This document shows, piece after piece, positions 61,001 through 64,000 of a stretch of DNA of 64,000 nucleotides; the first letter of the stretch is position 1, and every line of letters starts with the position of its first letter. The notes under the pieces are model-generated. The model saw only the letters and a list, made by a program, of their open reading frames with translations, did no database searches and had not been told where the DNA came from. The stretch spans positions 1,152,001 to 1,216,000 of the forward strand of contig CAVQHD010000001.1 in assembly GCA_963712275.1 (NCBI GenBank), given 5' to 3'. The translations under genes and the position numbers were made by a program. The DNA comes from an uncultured Rhabdochlamydiaceae bacterium. GTDB lineage: Bacteria; Chlamydiota; Chlamydiia; Chlamydiales; Rhabdochlamydiaceae.

Positions 61001-61143
61001 CAGCGTTCGAAGCGCACCGGGAGTATATTTGTCATGAAACCCTTGCCATTAGCTTTGAGTTCACTTTCTGCTCAGGAGAAACGAAGGAGATCAACGGCCA
61101 TCCGACGATCATCACCCTGCAGAAGGTTGTTCATCCGGTGTGA
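58030..61143 (+). CDS. ileS: Isoleucyl-tRNA synthetase (type 2)
   Basis: DGPPFATGLPHYGH, GWDCHGLP, WTTTPWTL, KMSKR. Confidence 0.98.
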   Translation: MFEVGESESFPNRELKILDFWKREEIFQKSLERVKNGPIFSFYDGPPFATGLPHYGHLLAGTIKDVVPRFWTMKGYYAPRRFGWDCHGLPVENEIEKAKELSGAPDIEKFGIAHFNEECRQIVLRYTQEWETTVSRMGRWVDFRQTYHTMDKSFMESVWWVFGELYKKGLVYEGLKVMPFSAKLGTPISNFEANLNYRDVDDPSIVVTFPLEDDPEVSFLAWTTTPWTLPSNLALAVHPDLDYVKIRDLETGRLFILAEARVKANFEKFEILEMFKGKRLKGAAYCPLFPYYARERDDRLFRVLVDEFVTIEEGTGIVHLAPAFGEADFFLCEREGIEPVCPVDQNGRYTSEVPDYEGLFVKDADKEIIRRLKGEKRLIRHGQIRHRYPFCWRSDTPLIYKAIRTWFVAVEKIKDRLLKANEQIHWVPDHIKEGRFGKWLENARDWAISRNRYWGTPIPLWRSDDGEIIVISSVKELEEKTGKQITDLHRHFIDDLTFLHQGKQFKRIPEVFDCWFESGSMPYAQNHFPFENEAFTLNAFPADFIGEGIDQTRAWFYTLTVLSVALFDKPAFKNVIVNGILLAEDGTKMSKRLKNYPEPSAVIDQFGADAVRLYLLSSPAVNADDLRFSARGVELILRQVLIPLWNCYLFLATYATIYHFKPQEMKTTPTAEMDQWILSELQELIEKMAQAFESYELQAAVIPITRFVDQLTDWYIRRSRSRFWADEASPDRFEAFQTLYTVLHTVCLLTAPVIPFLSEAIYQHLRQQTDPISVHLCCYPEPSSRFKRPKLQEEMSFVQQVVSLGHGLRKEHKLKVRQPLSCAHLISASDHHLSILKRQESLIADELNVKKIEFHTDETQFVRLKAKPNFRILGKKVGKQMNAAQAEIQKLSPQALEELLSGKEVAIVLGAEKVTLTSEDVAVEREVHPGVIATTAGKLTVALDTHLSQPLILEGIARELVNKINTLRKESGFAVTDRIDVKIQTSPEVRTAFEAHREYICHETLAISFEFTFCSGETKEINGHPTIITLQKVVHPV

Positions 61144-61234
61144 GTTTGCCAATCTAATTAAAATTTTGTTTTAACTTGATTAAATTTCATAAACGTGATT
61201 AAATATCTCTACTTAATTAACAAAGGATTTAGCT

Positions 61235-62638
61235 ATGCCAGTTCACCTTCGCGATACAGCCTACAATTTTCTTTGGACTGCAGGTCATAGGGTTTTCGGT
61301 TTTGCTGAAAAATCTATTATCGACATCAAGCAAATTAAAAATTTTAGCACAAATAGCCGTGACCAAAATACAGTATCCATAGGAAAACTCCTTGGATTGA
61401 TAGTTATTGTTACAGCAGGCTATAGCCTCACAAGGCGCGCAATCACATGGTACTATTCTGAATCTAAGACTAATAATAAGCCAAAAGCCAAAAGGCCAGA
61501 GGGCACAGAGCCAAAACCTAGGCCTAGAGCTACTAATGGTAAGCCAGGAGACAAAAAGCCAGAGGGTACAGAGCCAAAACCTGGGCCTAGGGTTACTAAT
61601 GGTAAGCCAGGGGGTATAGGGCCAAAAGTCAAAGACAGAAAAGGAGATGAGAAGGGACCAGAGGCGAGGAATCCTTTGCCTAATGACGGGAATCCTACAA
61701 GACTAAGCGATGACGACGGTAAGAAAGGTGGGGCTGGCACAGAGCTTCTTAATTTCTCGGATGATGATGATTTCATTTCACTAAATCCTTTTTCTGATGA
61801 TTTCGGGAAAGAGACTGGTAACAGCACTTCTACAAAGGCAGAAAAAAAGGAAAAAACACTTCAAGAAGCTAATTATGATGCAGCTGAAGATGAACGTGTG
61901 AAGAAAACTGCAGATCTTACGGAAGCTAATACAGCAGCTCTTGCTGCTGCTGATGAGGCTGCTAAGGCAAAAGCTGCTTTAGAGAACGCTCTCAAACTAG
62001 TTCAAACTCGTAAAGAAGAAGCTGAGCAAGCTAATAAAGCTGCTGAAACTGCTAAGGAAGCTGCGAAGAATGCTTCAGAAGCTGACAAAAATACTAAAGA
62101 AACTGCTGTTAAGGAAGCTGCTGAAAAAGCTAACGCTGCTGATAAAGCTCTTGAACAAGCTAACAACAGATTTGAAACTGCTAAACAAATTGCTCAGGAA
62201 GCCTCTGACAAAGCTGAAGCTGCTCGGAAAGTCGCTGAGGAAGCCACTAAGGCAGCTAAAGCTGCTGACGAAGTTGCTAATAAAGCTGCTGAAAAACTTG
62301 GTGCAATTAATGGTGAGACTGATGAACAACTTGCTGCTGTGTCAGAAAGTTCGAACCCACCTCAAATATCTGTAGAAAGACCAGACCCTCCTAAAGAAGC
62401 TGAGAAAACTCAAACTGCTGTTATGGAGGTTTTAGACGCAAACACCCCACCTAGCTCACCGTCCCCTCGCTCTACTCAATCTTCAATGCAGCAGAATTCT
62501 GCTGATGAGCCTAGAAAACCTAGAAATAGATTTAATCTTGATTCAGGATCTATATCAGCAGTTTCCGTTGCATCCAACACAACGACGCCTACAAAAACAG
62601 AAGATGAAAAAAGCAAGGACCCTACGGATGCTAATTAA
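61235..62638 (+). CDS. Membrane-anchored low-complexity/coiled-coil protein (effector or Inc candidate)
   Basis: Single TM, 21-aa duplicated unit, A/E/K-rich helical region. Confidence 0.75.
   Translation: MPVHLRDTAYNFLWTAGHRVFGFAEKSIIDIKQIKNFSTNSRDQNTVSIGKLLGLIVIVTAGYSLTRRAITWYYSESKTNNKPKAKRPEGTEPKPRPRATNGKPGDKKPEGTEPKPGPRVTNGKPGGIGPKVKDRKGDEKGPEARNPLPNDGNPTRLSDDDGKKGGAGTELLNFSDDDDFISLNPFSDDFGKETGNSTSTKAEKKEKTLQEANYDAAEDERVKKTADLTEANTAALAAADEAAKAKAALENALKLVQTRKEEAEQANKAAETAKEAAKNASEADKNTKETAVKEAAEKANAADKALEQANNRFETAKQIAQEASDKAEAARKVAEEATKAAKAADEVANKAAEKLGAINGETDEQLAAVSESSNPPQISVERPDPPKEAEKTQTAVMEVLDANTPPSSPSPRSTQSSMQQNSADEPRKPRNRFNLDSGSISAVSVASNTTTPTKTEDEKSKDPTDAN
61490..61611 (+). repeat. 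63-nt in-frame tandem duplication
   Basis: KRPEGTEPKPRPRATNGKPG and KKPEGTEPKPGPRVTNGKPG start at 61490 and 61553. Confidence 0.85.
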
Positions 62639-62656
62639 TTTAACAAAGGTTTAGTC

Positions 62657-63478
62657 ATGGCAGTTTATTTTCGTAATATAAGTAATGTGTTTATCGATGT
62701 TGCTGGAAAATACTTTAGCGATATTAAGCAAATTAAAAATTTTAGCACAAACAGTCGTAGCCAAAATGCTGTCTCCCTAGGAAAACTTCTGGGGTTGATA
62801 GCTATTGTTACAGCAGGCTATAGCCTCACAAGGTGCGCAATCACATGGTACTATTCTGGATCTAAGACTAATAGTAAGCCAGAAGACAAAGGGTCAGAGG
62901 ATACAGAGCCAAAACCTGGGCCTAGGGCTACTAATGATAAGCCAGAGGGTACAGGGTCAGAAGTCAAAGACAGAACAAGTGGTAAGAAGGGATCAGAGGC
63001 GAGGAGTCTTTTTCCTAATAGCGGTTCGGATGATGATTTCGGGAAAGAGGCTGGTGACAGCACTCCTACAATTACGAAGTCTAAAGAGGATAAGAAAGAT
63101 AAAGCTGAGAATTCCACAGCTCCTGATGGAACACTGCCTGATTCATCAACAGGTTTTGATGCCTCTGCATTTATGTTTACAGCGCCTTTGCCGCCTAGAA
63201 GAGTTGGGGGATTTAGTCCGCCAAATGCATCTGAAACTATTCCATTAACATCTCAAATTCCTGTTGGAACACCACAAAGCCGATCTGAAGGGAGCGATCT
63301 TGAGAAGTCTAAACAACGGACTTCTAGAAATTTTGATTCAGGGTCTGTATCACCAGCTTCCATAGGGGTAGATCCTAGGATGCTTCAACTTTCTGGTAGA
63401 AATTTTGATTCAGATTCTACTAGATCCAACACAACGACACCTACAAAACTTGAAGATAAAAAAGAGAAAAAGACTTAA
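62657..63478 (+). CDS. Tandem paralog of 61235..62638
   Basis: Shares DIKQIKNFSTNSR...GKLLGLIxIVTAGYSLTRxAITWYYS and C-terminal SNTTTPTK. Confidence 0.75.
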   Translation: MAVYFRNISNVFIDVAGKYFSDIKQIKNFSTNSRSQNAVSLGKLLGLIAIVTAGYSLTRCAITWYYSGSKTNSKPEDKGSEDTEPKPGPRATNDKPEGTGSEVKDRTSGKKGSEARSLFPNSGSDDDFGKEAGDSTPTITKSKEDKKDKAENSTAPDGTLPDSSTGFDASAFMFTAPLPPRRVGGFSPPNASETIPLTSQIPVGTPQSRSEGSDLEKSKQRTSRNFDSGSVSPASIGVDPRMLQLSGRNFDSDSTRSNTTTPTKLEDKKEKKT

Positions 63479-63495
63479 GAAATTCTTAGTTTTTA

Positions 63496-63517
63496 GAGGG
63501 AGTTGCAAAACTCCCTC
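63496..63517. terminator. 22-bp hairpin between convergent genes, related to the MITE end
   Basis: GAGGGAGTT-gcaa-AACTCCCTC flanked by TTTA on both sides. Confidence 0.6.
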
Positions 63518-63605
63518 TTTAACACTGCATCTCTTTAAACAAAGGAAGCATTGCCTAAAGTAGCGCTTCCTTTTTGTTTTTACCTGCATGCAGTTTCGAA
63601 AAGAT

Positions 63606-64000
63606 CTATTTAAACTTGAGAGGGAGGCGTGTCTTGCGATAGTGAAGGATGCTCCAGGTGCCAAAACCGATGAGAGCAAGGGTCCAGATGAAAAGGCGGC
63701 CGGGGTTGAAGAGGGGGTAAGGGGGCTGGTTAGGGGCTCCAAACCGAGAGCCAGGGGGCCAGAAAATGAATACAGGGCCTCCTCGAAGGTTCGCCTCAGG
63801 GACAAATCCAAATTCGCGGCTATCTCCACTATTGGCATGGTTATCCCCTAGGACAAGATAGGAGGCGGGTGGAACAGTCAGCCCATACTTCTTAATCGTC
63901 TCAATATCGAGCTCTCCTGTCGGAAGGAAGGGAGGGCCTTGATCGGTAAAAGGGTGGTAAGAAATACGAGAGGTTGCTTGCCGTTTTTTTTCTCTCTCGA
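63606..64000 (-). CDS. lepB: Signal peptidase I, 3' part (absent from the ORF track)
   Basis: Minus frame reads YLVLGDNHANSGDSREFGFVPEANLRGG...FWPP; stop TAG at 63606-63608. Confidence 0.93.
   Translation of the reverse strand, partial: EREKKRQATSRISYHPFTDQGPPFLPTGELDIETIKKYGLTVPPASYLVLGDNHANSGDSREFGFVPEANLRGGPVFIFWPPGSRFGAPNQPPYPLFNPGRLFIWTLALIGFGTWSILHYRKTRLPLKFK

Noticed and set aside
63410..63851. ORF-track entries 63410..63838 and 63588..63851
   Set aside because: They are shadow frames of the lepB 3' end, which is in another minus-strand frame.

Overview
This is a 64-kb chromosomal segment of an environmental Chlamydiota bacterium, inferred from the cdsU/cdsV/copN/scc1 type III secretion genes, the ileS-lepB and rpmB-PLD neighbourhoods, and F-box/LRR/Inc-like effector candidates. 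Core genes (sucCD, rpmB, clpB, dus, ABC-F, tmRNA, ileS, lepB) alternate with accessory blocks. These include hipBA, a HIT-serpin-2OG oxygenase cluster, an Rpn gene with a 24-nt tandem repeat, and a GH81 beta-1,3-glucanase / TpsB / TpsA operon. A 4.3-kb insert splits the T3SS operon, and a decayed island beside the tmRNA 3' end holds an intact single-ORF IS66 and broken AbiE genes. The most striking non-coding signal is a family of 170-171 bp fold-back elements (three copies, with 3-4 bp target duplications and a conserved GAAA/GAA loop) plus shorter derivatives. The copies have different termini and self-matched arms; one rewrites the start of dus and another the end of a TetR gene. All calls come from motif recognition by eye; no searches were run.
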